Sequence record: NC_054912.1
Direction: 5' to 3' (one strand)
Length of the DNA: 64,000 bases
From: Escherichia phage vB_EcoM_F1
A model generated the notes under the pieces. The model was not told the DNA's origin and did no database searches. It saw only the letters and a program-made list of their open reading frames with translations. Both the position numbers and the translations under genes were made by a program. Below are positions 44,668-55,773 of the stretch, one piece after another; the stretch's first letter is position 1, and the number at the start of each line of letters is the position of its first letter.

Positions 44668-44729
44668 ATGAACCTCGTTCAATTAGTGAGATTTCTATTA
44701 TATACTATCTAAATCTTAAAGTAAATAAG

Positions 44730-44737
44730 TATAAATA
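44730..44737 (+). promoter_or_regulatory. Late promoter TATAAATA upstream of gene 34
   Basis: Exact TATAAATA about 35 nt upstream of gene 34 ATG. Confidence 0.55.
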
Positions 44738-44771
44738 CTTATTATTGAAAACACAATAGGAGCCCGGGAGA

Positions 44772-47700
44772 ATGGCCGAGATTAAAAGAAAGTTCAGAGC
44801 AGAAGATGGTCTGGACGCAGGTGGTGATAAAATAATCAACGTAGCTTTAGCTGATCGTACCGTAGGAACTGACGGTGTTAACGTTGATTACTTAATTCAA
44901 GAAAACACAGTTCAACAATATGATCCAACTCGTGGATATTTAAAAGATTTTGTAATCATTTATGATAACCGCTTTTGGGCTGCTATAAATGATATTCCAA
45001 AACCAGCAGGAGCTTTTAATAGCGTACGATGGAGAGCGTTACGTACCGATGCAAACTGGACAACTGTTTCATCAGGACCTTATCAATTAAAGTCAGGTGA
45101 ATTAATTTCAGTTAATACTGCAGCAGGAAATGACATTACATTTACTTTACCATCTTCTCCAATTGACGGTGATACTATCGTTCTCCAAGACATTGGAGGA
45201 AAACCTGGAGTTAACCAAGTTTTAATTACAGCTCCGGTACAAAGCATTGTAAATTTTAGAGGTCAGCAAGTACGTTCAGTACTAATGACTCATCCAAAAT
45301 CACAGATAGTTTTAATTTTTAGTAATCGTCTGTGGCAAATGTATGTCGCTGATTATAGTAGAGAAGCTGTAGTTGTAACGCCTGCGAGTCTCTATCAGGC
45401 GCAATCAAACGATTTTATCGTACGTAGATTTACTTCTGCTGCACCAATTAATGTTAAACTTCCAAGATTTGCTAATCATGGAGATATTATTAATTTCGTC
45501 GATTTAGATAAACTAAATCCGCTTTATCATACAATTGTTACTACATACGATGAAACGACTTCAATACAAGAAGTTGGAACTCATTCCATTGAAGGCCGTA
45601 CAACAATTGACGGTTTCTTGATGTTTGATGATAATGAGAAATTGTGGAGATTGTTTGACGGGGATAGTAAAGCACGTTTACGTATTATAACGACTAATTC
45701 TAATATTCGTCCAAATGAAGAAGTTATGGTATTTGGTGCGAATAATGGAACAGCTCAGACAATTGAACTTCAGCTTCCGACTGATATTTCTGTTGGTGAT
45801 ACTGTTAAAATTTCCATGAATTACATGAGAAAAGGACAAACGGTTAAAATCAAAGCTGCTGGTGAAGATAAAATTGCTTCTTCAGTTCAATTGCTGCAAT
45901 TCCCAAAACGTTCAGAGTATCCGCCTGAAACTAAATGGGTAACAGTTCAAGAATTAGTTTTTAACGGTGAAACTAATTATGTTCCAGTTTTAGAGCTTGC
46001 TTATATAGAAGATTCTGATGGAAAATATTGGGTTGTACAGCAAAACGTTCCAACTGTAGAAAGAGTAGATTCTTTAAATGATTCTACTAGAGCAAGATTA
46101 GGCGTAATTGCTTTAGCTACACAAGCTCAAGCTAATGCTGATTTAGAAAATTCTCCACAAAAAGAATTGGCAATTACTCCAGAAACGTTAGCTAATCGTA
46201 CTGCTACTGAAACTCGCAGAGGTATCGCAAGAATAGCAACAACTGCTCAAGTTAACCAGGATACTACATTCTCTTTTGCTGATGATATTATCATCACTCC
46301 TAAAAAGCTGAATGAAAGAACAGCTACTGAAACTCGCAGAGGTGTTGCTGAAATTGCTACGCAGCAAGAAACTAATGCAGGAACCGATGATACTACAATC
46401 ATCACTCCTAAAAAGCTTCAAGCTCGTCAAGGTTCTGAATCATTATCTGGTATTGTAACCTTTGTATCTACTGCAGGTGCTACTCCAGCTTCTAGCCGTG
46501 AATTAAATGGTACGAATGTTTATAATAAAAACACTGATAATTTAGTTGTTTCACCTAAAGCTTTGGATCAGTATAAAGCTACTCCAACACAACAAGGTGC
46601 GGTAATTTTAGCAGTTGAAAGTGAAGTAATTGCTGGACAAAGTCAGCAAGGATGGGCAAATGCTGTTGTAACGCCAGAAACGTTACATAAAAAGACATCA
46701 ACTGATGGAAGAATTGGTTTAATTGAAATTGCTACGCAAAGCGAAGTTAATACAGGAACTGATTATACTCGTGCAGTCACTCCTAAAACTTTAAATGACC
46801 GTAGAGCAACTGAAAGTTTAAGTGGTATAGCTGAAATTGCGACACAAGTTGAATTCGACGCAGGCGTCGACGATACTCGTATCTCTACACCATTAAAAAT
46901 TAAAACCAGATTTAATAGTACTGATCGTACTTCTGTTGTTGCTCTATCTGGATTAGTTGAATCAGGAACTCTCTGGGACCATTATACCCTTAATATTCTT
47001 GAAGCAAATGAGACACAGCGTGGTACACTTCGTGTAGCTACACAGGTCGAAGCTGCTGCGGGAACATTGGATAATGTTCTAATAACTCCTAAAAAGCTTT
47101 TAGGTACTAAATCTACTGAAGCGCAAGAAGGTGTTATTAAAGTTGCAACTCAGTCTGAAACTGTGACTGGAACGTCAACAAATACTGCTGTATCTCCAAA
47201 AAATTTAAAATGGATTGTGCAGAGTGAACCTACTTGGGCAGCAACTACTCTGATAAGAGGTTTTGTTAAAACTTCATCTGGTTCAATTACATTCGTTGGT
47301 AATGATACGGTAGGTTCAACACAGCCATTAGAATCATATGAGAAAAATAGCTATGCAGTATCACCATATGAATTAAACCGTGTATTAGCAAATTATCTGC
47401 CGTTAAAAGCAAAAGCTGTAGATAGTAATTTATTGGATGGTCTAGATTCATCTCAGTTCATTCGTAGGGATATTGCGCAGACGGTTAATGGTTCACTAAC
47501 CTTAACCCAACAAACGAATCTGAGTGCCCCTCTTGTATCATCTAGTACTGCTACGTTTGGTGGATCAGTTACAGCAAATAGTGTACTAACTATTTCTAAT
47601 ACTGGAACAGAAACTCATCTGATTTTTGAGAAAGGACCTCAAATTGGAACTAACCAAGCGCAGACGGTAACTATTAGAGTGTGGGGTAATCAATTTAGTG

Positions 47701-48641
47701 GGGAATCAGATACAACACGTTCTACTGTATTTGAAGTTGGTGATGAAACGTCTAATCACTTTTATTCTCAGCGCAATAAAGCTGGAAATATAACATTTAA
47801 TATCAATGGTACAGTAACACCTATAAATGTTAATGCTTCAGGAACATTGAATGCAAATGGTGTAGCAACATTTGGTAATTCAGTCACTGCAACTGGTGAA
47901 ATTATTTCTCGAAGCGCAAATGCTTTCCGTGCTATTAACGGTGATTACGGATTCTTTATTCGCAATGATGCCTCTAATACCTATTTTATGCTTACTGCAT
48001 CGGGTGATCAGACTGGTGGATTTAATGGATTGCGTCCTTTAGCTATCAATAATGCATCTGGCCAAGTAACGATTGGTGAAAGCTTAATCATTGCCAAAGG
48101 TGCTACTATAAATTCAGGCGGTTTGACTGTTAACTCGAGAATTCGTTCTCAGGGTACTAAAACATCTGATTTATACACCCGTGCACCAACATCTGAAACT
48201 GTAGGATTCTGGTCAATTGATATTAACGATTCAGCCACTTATAACCAGTTCCCGGGTTATTTTAAAATGGTTGAAAAAACTAATGAAGTGACTGGACTTC
48301 CATACTTAGAACGTGGTGAAGAGGTTAAATCTCCTGGTACATTGACTCAGTTTGGTAATACACTTGATTCGCTTTACCAAGATTGGATTACTTATCCAAC
48401 GACCCCAGAAGCGCGCACCACTCGCTGGACACGTACATGGCAGAAAACCAAAAATTCTTGGTCAAGTTTTGTTCAGGTATTTGATGGGGGTAACCCTCCT
48501 CAACCATCTGATATCGGTGCTTTACCATCTGATAATGCTATAATGGGTAATCTTACTATTCGTGATTTCTTACGAATTGGTAATGTTCGCATTATTCCTG
48601 ACCCAGTGAATAAAACGGTTAAATTTGAATGGGTTGAATAA
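44772..48641 (+). CDS. 34: Long tail fibre proximal subunit gp34
   Basis: 1289-aa ORF with internal tandem repeats (TETRRG.A.IAT...ITPKKL). Confidence 0.95.
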   Translation: MAEIKRKFRAEDGLDAGGDKIINVALADRTVGTDGVNVDYLIQENTVQQYDPTRGYLKDFVIIYDNRFWAAINDIPKPAGAFNSVRWRALRTDANWTTVSSGPYQLKSGELISVNTAAGNDITFTLPSSPIDGDTIVLQDIGGKPGVNQVLITAPVQSIVNFRGQQVRSVLMTHPKSQIVLIFSNRLWQMYVADYSREAVVVTPASLYQAQSNDFIVRRFTSAAPINVKLPRFANHGDIINFVDLDKLNPLYHTIVTTYDETTSIQEVGTHSIEGRTTIDGFLMFDDNEKLWRLFDGDSKARLRIITTNSNIRPNEEVMVFGANNGTAQTIELQLPTDISVGDTVKISMNYMRKGQTVKIKAAGEDKIASSVQLLQFPKRSEYPPETKWVTVQELVFNGETNYVPVLELAYIEDSDGKYWVVQQNVPTVERVDSLNDSTRARLGVIALATQAQANADLENSPQKELAITPETLANRTATETRRGIARIATTAQVNQDTTFSFADDIIITPKKLNERTATETRRGVAEIATQQETNAGTDDTTIITPKKLQARQGSESLSGIVTFVSTAGATPASSRELNGTNVYNKNTDNLVVSPKALDQYKATPTQQGAVILAVESEVIAGQSQQGWANAVVTPETLHKKTSTDGRIGLIEIATQSEVNTGTDYTRAVTPKTLNDRRATESLSGIAEIATQVEFDAGVDDTRISTPLKIKTRFNSTDRTSVVALSGLVESGTLWDHYTLNILEANETQRGTLRVATQVEAAAGTLDNVLITPKKLLGTKSTEAQEGVIKVATQSETVTGTSTNTAVSPKNLKWIVQSEPTWAATTLIRGFVKTSSGSITFVGNDTVGSTQPLESYEKNSYAVSPYELNRVLANYLPLKAKAVDSNLLDGLDSSQFIRRDIAQTVNGSLTLTQQTNLSAPLVSSSTATFGGSVTANSVLTISNTGTETHLIFEKGPQIGTNQAQTVTIRVWGNQFSGESDTTRSTVFEVGDETSNHFYSQRNKAGNITFNINGTVTPINVNASGTLNANGVATFGNSVTATGEIISRSANAFRAINGDYGFFIRNDASNTYFMLTASGDQTGGFNGLRPLAINNASGQVTIGESLIIAKGATINSGGLTVNSRIRSQGTKTSDLYTRAPTSETVGFWSIDINDSATYNQFPGYFKMVEKTNEVTGLPYLERGEEVKSPGTLTQFGNTLDSLYQDWITYPTTPEARTTRWTRTWQKTKNSWSSFVQVFDGGNPPQPSDIGALPSDNAIMGNLTIRDFLRIGNVRIIPDPVNKTVKFEWVE

Positions 48642-48649
48642 GAGGTATT

Positions 48650-49765
48650 ATGGAAAAATTTATGGCAAAGTTTGGACAAGGATATGTCCAAACGCCATTT
48701 TTATCGGAAAGTAATTCAGTAAGATATAAAATAAGCATAGCGGGTTCTTGCCCGCTTTCTACAGCAGGACCATATGTCAAATTTCAGGATAATCCTATTG
48801 GAAGTCAAACATTTAGCGCAGGACTTCATTTAAGAGTTTTTGACCCTTCTACAGGAGCATTAGTTGATAGTAAGTCATATGCTTTTTCGACTTCAAATGA
48901 TACTACATCAGCTGCTTTTGTTAGTTTCATGAACTCTTTGACGAATAATAGACTTGTTGCTATATTAACTAGCGGAAAGGTTAATTTTCCTCCAGAAGTA
49001 GTATCTTGGCTAAGAGCCACGGGAACGTCTGCTTTTCCATCTGATTCTATATTGTCAAGATTTGACGTATCATATGCTGCCTTTTATACTTCTTCTAAAA
49101 GAGCTATTGCATTAGAACATGTTAAACTAAGTAATAGAAAAAGCACAGATGATTATCAAACTATTTTAGATGTTGTATTTGATAGTTTAGAAGACGTTGG
49201 AGCTACTGGGTTTCCAAGAAGAACGTATGAAAGCGTTGAGCAATTTATGTCAGCGGTTGGTGGAACTAATAACGAAATTGCACGTTTACCAACTTCATCC
49301 GCGATAAGTAAATTATCTGATTATAATTTAATTCCTGGCGATGTTCTTTATCTTAAAGCGCAGCTATATGCTGATGCCGATTTACTTGCGCTTGGAACTA
49401 CAAATATATCTATCCGTTTTTATGATGAATCGAATGGATATATTTCTTCAACACATGCTGAGTTTACTGGACAAGCTGAGTCATGGGAATTAAAGGAAGA
49501 CTATGTAGTTGTTCCTGAAAATGCAGTAGGATTTACGATATATGCACAAAGAACTGCACAAGCAGGTCAAGGTGGCATGAGGAATTTAAGTTTTTCTGAA
49601 GTATCAAGAAATGGCGGAATTTCAAAACCTGCAGAATTTGGCGTCAATGGTATTCGAGTTAATTATGTCTGTGAATCTGCTTCACCTCCAGATATAATGG
49701 TACTTCCTACACAAGCATCGTCTAAAACTGGTAAAGTGTTTGGACAAGAATTTAGAGAAGTTTAA
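48650..49765 (+). CDS. 35: Long tail fibre hinge protein gp35
   Basis: 371-aa ORF. Confidence 0.9.
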   Translation: MEKFMAKFGQGYVQTPFLSESNSVRYKISIAGSCPLSTAGPYVKFQDNPIGSQTFSAGLHLRVFDPSTGALVDSKSYAFSTSNDTTSAAFVSFMNSLTNNRLVAILTSGKVNFPPEVVSWLRATGTSAFPSDSILSRFDVSYAAFYTSSKRAIALEHVKLSNRKSTDDYQTILDVVFDSLEDVGATGFPRRTYESVEQFMSAVGGTNNEIARLPTSSAISKLSDYNLIPGDVLYLKAQLYADADLLALGTTNISIRFYDESNGYISSTHAEFTGQAESWELKEDYVVVPENAVGFTIYAQRTAQAGQGGMRNLSFSEVSRNGGISKPAEFGVNGIRVNYVCESASPPDIMVLPTQASSKTGKVFGQEFREV

Positions 49766-49770
49766 ATTGA

Positions 49771-49790
49771 GGGAGCCTTCGGGTTCCCTT
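49771..49790 (+). terminator. Terminator hairpin after gene 35
   Basis: gggagcc-ttcg-ggttccc followed by T-run. Confidence 0.65.
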
Positions 49791-49796
49791 TTTCTT

Positions 49797-49804
49797 TATA
49801 AATA
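49797..49804 (+). promoter_or_regulatory. Late promoter TATAAATA upstream of gene 36
   Basis: Exact TATAAATA about 24 nt upstream of gene 36 ATG. Confidence 0.55.
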
Positions 49805-49827
49805 CTATTAAAATAAAGGGGCATACA

Positions 49828-50484
49828 ATGGCTGATTTAAAAGTAGGTTCAACAACCGGAGGCTCTGTCATTTGGCATCAAGGAAATTTTCCATTGAATC
49901 CAGCCGGTGACGATGTACTCTATAAATCATTTAAAATATATTCAGAATATAACAAACCGCAGGCTGCTGATAACGATTTTGTTTCTAAAGCTAATGGTGG
50001 TACTTATTTAAATAAAGTAATTTTTAATAAAGGAATGACTGTTCCTGGCGCAGGGTCAGGCGATAATGGTATTTTTGCTGGTCCTGGTGATAGTGCCACG
50101 TATGATACTACAAATATGGATATTGTTTCGTGGTATGGTATTGGTTTTAAATCATCACAAGGAACAGCAGGTAGAACTGTAGTAATTAACACACGAAATG
50201 GAGATATTAGCTCAAAGGGCGTAATTGAAGCATCACAAATCCGTGTAACTTCGTTATCACCAGTAAATAATTATGACCTTACACGGAAAGATTATGTTGA
50301 TGGAGCAATAAATATTGTTACAGCAAACGCAAACTCTAGAGTATTACGCTCTGGAGACACTATGACAGGAAATTTAACTGCGCCAAACCTTTTTTCACAG
50401 AATCCTGCATCTCAACCCTCACATGTTCCACGATTTGACCAAATTGTTATTAAGGATTCTGTTCAAGATTTCGGCTATTATTAA
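49828..50484 (+). CDS. 36: Long tail fibre distal connector gp36
   Basis: 218-aa ORF. Confidence 0.9.
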   Translation: MADLKVGSTTGGSVIWHQGNFPLNPAGDDVLYKSFKIYSEYNKPQAADNDFVSKANGGTYLNKVIFNKGMTVPGAGSGDNGIFAGPGDSATYDTTNMDIVSWYGIGFKSSQGTAGRTVVINTRNGDISSKGVIEASQIRVTSLSPVNNYDLTRKDYVDGAINIVTANANSRVLRSGDTMTGNLTAPNLFSQNPASQPSHVPRFDQIVIKDSVQDFGYY

Positions 50485-50492
50485 GAGGACTT

Positions 50493-53400
50493 ATGGCTAC
50501 TTTAAAACAAATACAATTTAAAAGAAGCAAAACCGCAGGAGCACGTCCTGCCGCTTCAGTATTAGCCGAAGGTGAATTGGCTATAAACTTAAAAGATCGC
50601 GTACTTTTTACTAAAGATGACCAAGGAAATATTATTGATCTGGGTTTTGCTAAAGGCGGTAGCATTGACGGGAATGTTATTCATACAGGAAACTATAATC
50701 AAACTGGTGATTATACTTTAAATGGCACCTTCACTCAGACAGGTAATTTTAATTTAACTGGTATTGCTCGAGTAACTCGCGATATTATTGCCGCCGGGCA
50801 AATTATGACCGAGGGCGGAGAACTTATTACAAAAAGTTCAGGTACAGCACATGTTCGTTTTTTCGATAACAATAGTCGCGAACGCGGAATCATTTATGCC
50901 CCGGCTAATGATGGTTTAACTACACAAGTACTTAATATCAGGGTTCAAGACTACGCCGCTGGTAGCGAAAGCACTTATGCATTTTCAGGCAGTGGACTAT
51001 TTACTTCACCTGAAGTATCAGCATGGAAATCTATTTCGTCTCCACAAATTCTGACCAACAAAGTCATTACTAATAATAAATCTACGGGTGATTATGACAT
51101 CTATTCGATGGCAGACAATGTTCCATTGTCTGAAAGCACTACTGCTATTAATCATCTTCGTGTCATGCGTAATGCCGTTGGTTCTGGTATTTTCCATGAA
51201 GTTAAAGATAATGATGGAATAACTTGGTATGCAGGTGATGGACTTGACACCTATCTTTGGTCATTTACTTGGAGCGGCGGAATTAAATCAAGTCACTCAA
51301 TTTCTATTGGTTTAACACCTGGTAATAAAGATTATTCAATATTAGGACCATCTAGTATTGCTTTAGGAGATAATGATACTGGATTTAAATGGCATCAAGA
51401 TGGATATTATTTCAGCGTTAATAATGGAACAAAAACGTTTTTATTTAGTCCTAGCGAAACAACTAGCCTAAGAAAATTTGTAGCTGGATATTCTACTAAC
51501 GGAACCGATTTAACTACTCCTCCAACTGAAAATTATGCTCTTGCTACTGTAGTGACATACCACGATAATAACGCGTTTGGAGATGGTCAGACTCTTTTAG
51601 GATATTATCAAGGCGGTAATTATCATCATTATTTTCGCGGTAAGGGTACTACAAACATTAATACTCATGGCGGTTTGTTAGTTACTCCAGGTAATATTGA
51701 CGTTATTGGTGGTTCTGTTAATATTGATGGTCGTAATAATTCTTCTACGCTGATGTTTAGAGGTAACACAACTGGTAGTAGTTCAGTTGATAACATGACA
51801 ATTTCTGTGTGGGGTAATACATTTATTAATCCTAGCGAAGGTAATCGCAAAAATGTCATGGAAATTTCTGACGCAACTAGTTGGATGAGCTATATTCAAC
51901 GAACAACTGCAGGTAAAGTCGAATCGGTTATAAATGGCACCCAGATTGTTAATGAAAACTTGACAGTAGTAAAAAATGCTACATTTGACGGTACAATCAG
52001 CGCAGCCGGTGAAATCGCGACAAATGCTGTAAATGGTCTTCGCATTTGGAATGCAGATTATGGAGCCATTTTTAGACGTTCAGAAGGCAGTCTTCATATT
52101 ATTCCAACTGCTTACGGTGAAGGTAAATATGGCGATATCGGTCCACTTCGCCCGTTTAGTATGGCTTTAGATACTGGTAAAGTTACTATTCCAGATTTAC
52201 AATCAAGTTACAATACGTTCGCAGCAAACGGCTATATTAAATTTACTGGTCACGGTGCGGGCGCTGGCGGTTATGCCATTCAATATGCTCAAGCGGCTCC
52301 TATTTTCCAGGAAATCGATGATGATGCTGTAAGCAAATATTATCCTATTGTTAAACAGAAGTTTTTAAACGGTAAATGCGTTTGGTCTTTAGGTACTGAA
52401 ATTAATTCGGGTACATTCGTTATTCATCATCTGAAAGAAGATGGTTCACAAGGACATACGTCTCGTTTTAATCAAGACGGTACCGTTAACTTCCCAGATA
52501 ACGTTTCTGTCGGCGGCGGTGAAGCTACTATTGCTCGCAATGGTAATATCTTCTCTGATATTTGGAAACCGTTTACTTCTGCAGGTGATACTACAAATAT
52601 TCGCGATGCTATTGCGACTCGTGTTTCGAAAGAAGGCGACACGATAACAGGCAAATTGACTTTATCGGCAGGTAATGATGCCCTTGTTTTAACTGCAGGC
52701 ACGGGCGCTTCATCGCACATCCGTAGTGATGTAGGTGGTACAAATAATTGGTATATAGGCAAAGGCGGCGGCGACAATGGTCTAGGTTTTTACAGTTACA
52801 TTACACAAGGCGGTGTATACATAACAAATAACGGCGAAATAGCGCTTTCTCCTCAAGGACAAGGAACGTTTAATTTTAATAGAGATCGCCTTCATATAAA
52901 TGGTACACAATGGACTGCGCACCAGGCTGGCGATTGGGGAAGTCAATGGAAACAAGAAGCTCCCGTATTTGTGGATTTTGGCTACGTCGGTAATGATAGT
53001 TATTATCCAATTATCAAAGGAAAATCTGGTATTACTAACGAAGGATATTTTTCCAGCGTTGATTTTGGTATGCGACGCATTCCTAATAACTGGGCACAAG
53101 GTATTATTCGTGTAGGTAATCAGGAAAACGGTTCCAACCCACAAGCTATCTTCGAATTCCACCATAATGGAAACATGTACGTTCCTGACATGGTTAAAGC
53201 TGGAGCAAGAGTATCAGCTGGTGGAGGTGACCCTGTATGGACAGGCGCATGTGTTGTTATTGGTGATAATGATACCGGATTAGTTCATGGTGGTGATGGG
53301 CGAATTAACATGGTTGCAAATGGAATGCATATTGCTTCGTGGTCGTCCGCTTACCATCTCCATGAAGGTCTTTGGGATACCACTGGTGCTCTGTGGACTG

Positions 53401-53822
53401 AACACGGAAGAGCTATTATTTCTTTTGGTCATTTAGTCCAACAAAGCGATGCCTATTCCACATTTGTCCGCGATGTTTATGTCCGTTCTGATATTCGTGT
53501 TAAAAAAGACCTCGTTAAATTTGAAAATGCTTCTGAGAAGCTTTCCAAAATTAATGGTTACACTTATATGCAGAAGCGAGGCCTAGATGAAGAAGGCAAT
53601 CAGAAATGGGAACCTAACGCCGGTTTAATTGCTCAAGAAGTTCAAGCTATTTTGCCAGAATTAGTTGAAGGTGACCCGGATGGTGAAGCTTTACTTCGTT
53701 TGAACTATAACGGTGTAATTGGTTTAAATACAGCTGCAATCAATGAGCATACTGCAGAAATTGCGGAACTTAAATCAGAAATTGAAGAACTTAAAGCATT
53801 AGTTAAATCATTGTTAAAATAA
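50493..53822 (+). CDS. 37: Long tail fibre distal subunit gp37, with C-terminal intramolecular-chaperone-like domain
   Basis: 1109-aa ORF; N-terminus conserved with gp36/gp34 joints; C-terminal about 110 aa resembles self-cleaving chaperone domains. Confidence 0.92.
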   Translation: MATLKQIQFKRSKTAGARPAASVLAEGELAINLKDRVLFTKDDQGNIIDLGFAKGGSIDGNVIHTGNYNQTGDYTLNGTFTQTGNFNLTGIARVTRDIIAAGQIMTEGGELITKSSGTAHVRFFDNNSRERGIIYAPANDGLTTQVLNIRVQDYAAGSESTYAFSGSGLFTSPEVSAWKSISSPQILTNKVITNNKSTGDYDIYSMADNVPLSESTTAINHLRVMRNAVGSGIFHEVKDNDGITWYAGDGLDTYLWSFTWSGGIKSSHSISIGLTPGNKDYSILGPSSIALGDNDTGFKWHQDGYYFSVNNGTKTFLFSPSETTSLRKFVAGYSTNGTDLTTPPTENYALATVVTYHDNNAFGDGQTLLGYYQGGNYHHYFRGKGTTNINTHGGLLVTPGNIDVIGGSVNIDGRNNSSTLMFRGNTTGSSSVDNMTISVWGNTFINPSEGNRKNVMEISDATSWMSYIQRTTAGKVESVINGTQIVNENLTVVKNATFDGTISAAGEIATNAVNGLRIWNADYGAIFRRSEGSLHIIPTAYGEGKYGDIGPLRPFSMALDTGKVTIPDLQSSYNTFAANGYIKFTGHGAGAGGYAIQYAQAAPIFQEIDDDAVSKYYPIVKQKFLNGKCVWSLGTEINSGTFVIHHLKEDGSQGHTSRFNQDGTVNFPDNVSVGGGEATIARNGNIFSDIWKPFTSAGDTTNIRDAIATRVSKEGDTITGKLTLSAGNDALVLTAGTGASSHIRSDVGGTNNWYIGKGGGDNGLGFYSYITQGGVYITNNGEIALSPQGQGTFNFNRDRLHINGTQWTAHQAGDWGSQWKQEAPVFVDFGYVGNDSYYPIIKGKSGITNEGYFSSVDFGMRRIPNNWAQGIIRVGNQENGSNPQAIFEFHHNGNMYVPDMVKAGARVSAGGGDPVWTGACVVIGDNDTGLVHGGDGRINMVANGMHIASWSSAYHLHEGLWDTTGALWTEHGRAIISFGHLVQQSDAYSTFVRDVYVRSDIRVKKDLVKFENASEKLSKINGYTYMQKRGLDEEGNQKWEPNAGLIAQEVQAILPELVEGDPDGEALLRLNYNGVIGLNTAAINEHTAEIAELKSEIEELKALVKSLLK

Positions 53823-53828
53823 TAAGAG

Positions 53829-53844
53829 GGGCTTCGGCCCCTTG
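53829..53844 (+). terminator. Hairpin between genes 37 and 38
   Basis: aggggc-ttcg-gcccct, immediately followed by GGAGG and the gene 38 ATG. Confidence 0.55.
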
Positions 53845-53853
53845 GAGGTTTAT

Positions 53854-54648
53854 ATGGCAGTAACAGGACCGTGGGTAGGATCGTCTGCAGTAGTTAATAC
53901 AGGACAAAATTGGATGGGTGGCGCGGCCCAACGATTAAGAATGGGTGCTCCATTTTGGATGAGTAATATGATAGGTCGATCTGTTGAAGTAATTCACACA
54001 CTTGGAGCGGACCATAACTTCAATGGTCAATGGTTCCGAGATAGATGTTTTGAGGCAGGTAGTGCACCTATAGTGTTTAATATCACTGGAAATTTGGTAT
54101 CATATTCTAGAGATGTTCCTTTATTCTTCATGTATGGAGATACACCGAATGAATATGTTCAGTTGAATATTAGTGGCGGCGCCCACATGTGGGGTAGAGG
54201 TGGACAAGGTGGATGGACTCATTCCGGCGGAGATGGTAATGGCCAACAAGGTGGCCATTGTATTCAAAATGACATTGGCGGACGATTAAGAATTAATAAC
54301 GGCGGAGTAATTTGTGGCGGTGGAGGCGGTGGTGGTGGTATCGCTTATCGTCCTCACTCTGGCGCAAAATGGCAAGATATTGGTGGTGGCGGAGGAAGAC
54401 CATTTGGGCCAGGAGGCGGTGGTGGTTATTCCGGCGGCGCAGCTTCTTATGATGGCCCAGGAGGTGGTTATAATTATGGTAATGCTCACTCTGGCCAGGG
54501 TGGTGATGCTGGCGCAAATGGACAAAATGCCTGGCATGATGGCGGTAAAGTTCTAAAAGTCGGGGCTGGCGGAGCTGCTGGTTATGCCGTCATAGGGTCT
54601 ACACCGACATGGCAAAACGTTGGAGCAATATATGGTCCAAGAGTATAA
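53854..54648 (+). CDS. 38: gp38 tail-fibre adhesin of T2/T6 type (glycine-rich motifs)
   Basis: ATG at 53854 after GGAGG (the track ORF from 53842 starts at TTG); poly-Gly blocks [25 protein letters not shown] separated by variable segments. Confidence 0.85.
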   Translation: MAVTGPWVGSSAVVNTGQNWMGGAAQRLRMGAPFWMSNMIGRSVEVIHTLGADHNFNGQWFRDRCFEAGSAPIVFNITGNLVSYSRDVPLFFMYGDTPNEYVQLNISGGAHMWGRGGQGGWTHSGGDGNGQQGGHCIQNDIGGRLRINNGGVICGGGGGGGGIAYRPHSGAKWQDIGGGGGRPFGPGGGGGYSGGAASYDGPGGGYNYGNAHSGQGGDAGANGQNAWHDGGKVLKVGAGGAAGYAVIGSTPTWQNVGAIYGPRV

Positions 54649-54678
54649 TTTGAATAAATATCCTTAAAAGGAGGGTCT

Positions 54679-55335
54679 ATGGCAGCACCTAGAATATCAT
54701 TTTCGCCCTCTGATATTCTGTTGGGTGTTCTAGATCGCTTGTTCAAAGATAACGCTACCGGGAAGGTTCTTGCTTCCCGAGTAGCTGTCGTAATTCTTTT
54801 ATTTATGATGGCGATTGTTTGGTATAGGGGAGATAGTTTCTTTGAGTACTATAAGCAATCAAAGTATGAAACATACAGTGAAATTATTGAAAAGGAAAGA
54901 ACTGCACGCTTTGAATCTGTCGCCCTGGAACAACTCCAGATAGTTCATATATCATCTGAGGCAGACTTTAGTGCGGTGTATTCTTTCCGCCCTAAAAACT
55001 TAAACTATTTTGTTGATATTATAGCATATGAAGGAAAATTACCTTCAACAATAAGCGAAAAATCACTTGGAGGATATCCTGTTGATAAAACTATGGATGA
55101 ATATACAGTTCATTTAAATGGACGTCATTATTATTCCAACTCAAAATTTGCTTTTTTACCAACTAAAAAGCCTACTCCCGAAATAAACTACATGTACAGT
55201 TGTCCATATTTTAATTTGGATAATATCTATGCTGGAACGATAACCATGTACTGGTATAGAAATGATCATATAAGTAATGACCGCCTTGAATCAATATGTT
55301 CTCAGGCGGCCAGAATATTAGGAAGGGCTAAATAA
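54679..55335 (+). CDS. t: Holin T
   Basis: 218-aa ORF with single N-terminal TM segment (VAVVILLFMMAIVWY) and large C-terminal domain. Confidence 0.92.
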   Translation: MAAPRISFSPSDILLGVLDRLFKDNATGKVLASRVAVVILLFMMAIVWYRGDSFFEYYKQSKYETYSEIIEKERTARFESVALEQLQIVHISSEADFSAVYSFRPKNLNYFVDIIAYEGKLPSTISEKSLGGYPVDKTMDEYTVHLNGRHYYSNSKFAFLPTKKPTPEINYMYSCPYFNLDNIYAGTITMYWYRNDHISNDRLESICSQAARILGRAK

Positions 55336-55608
55336 TTATTTGTTTGTATACATCTCTAGATATCGATATACACCCTCAAAACCCTCGTTGAATTCGTCGA
55401 TGAGGGTTTTCTTATCTTCTTGAGTTAATTCAGAAACAATTTTACGGAATGAATTCTGATTTAACTTTCTACCTTCATGTGTTACTCCAATCTCATTCAG
55501 AAATGCAATAAAATTAGCACGATTTTCAACAATATCTTCTCTGGAAAATTTAATTAAAATAGACGCAACAGTAATAATTTCACGAACTGTATCAATATTT
55601 TTATTCAT
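55336..55608 (-). CDS. asiA: AsiA anti-sigma70 factor
   Basis: 90-aa ORF MNKNIDTVREIITVASILIKFSREDIVENRANFIAFLNEIG... Confidence 0.93.
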   Translation of the reverse strand: MNKNIDTVREIITVASILIKFSREDIVENRANFIAFLNEIGVTHEGRKLNQNSFRKIVSELTQEDKKTLIDEFNEGFEGVYRYLEMYTNK

Positions 55609-55620
55609 TAACTATACCAC

Positions 55621-55773
55621 TCAATTAGTTGACTTTGTTATAATATCATCAGACGCTTGATTTGTAAACTGGTCTGTGCTATTTTCTTCAAAAATTTTTT
55701 CTACGAATTCCTTGAACGACTCACGTTCCTGAGCTACATTATGCTCGATTACCTTTTCAAGATTATGACTCAT
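55621..55773 (-). CDS. Small hypothetical ORF overlapping the asiA promoter
   Basis: 50-codon ORF read by hand; its ATG overlaps the arn stop (ATGA). Confidence 0.3.
   Translation of the reverse strand: MSHNLEKVIEHNVAQERESFKEFVEKIFEENSTDQFTNQASDDIITKSTN
55640..55668 (-). promoter_or_regulatory. Early promoter for asiA (TTTACA-17-TATTAT)
   Basis: minus-strand TTTACA, 17-nt spacer, TATTAT about 30 nt upstream of asiA ATG. Confidence 0.55.

Noticed and set aside
54286-54556. His-rich and Ala/Val-rich ORFs in alternative frames
   Set aside because: Frame artefacts of the GGT/GGC-rich glycine-motif region of gene 38
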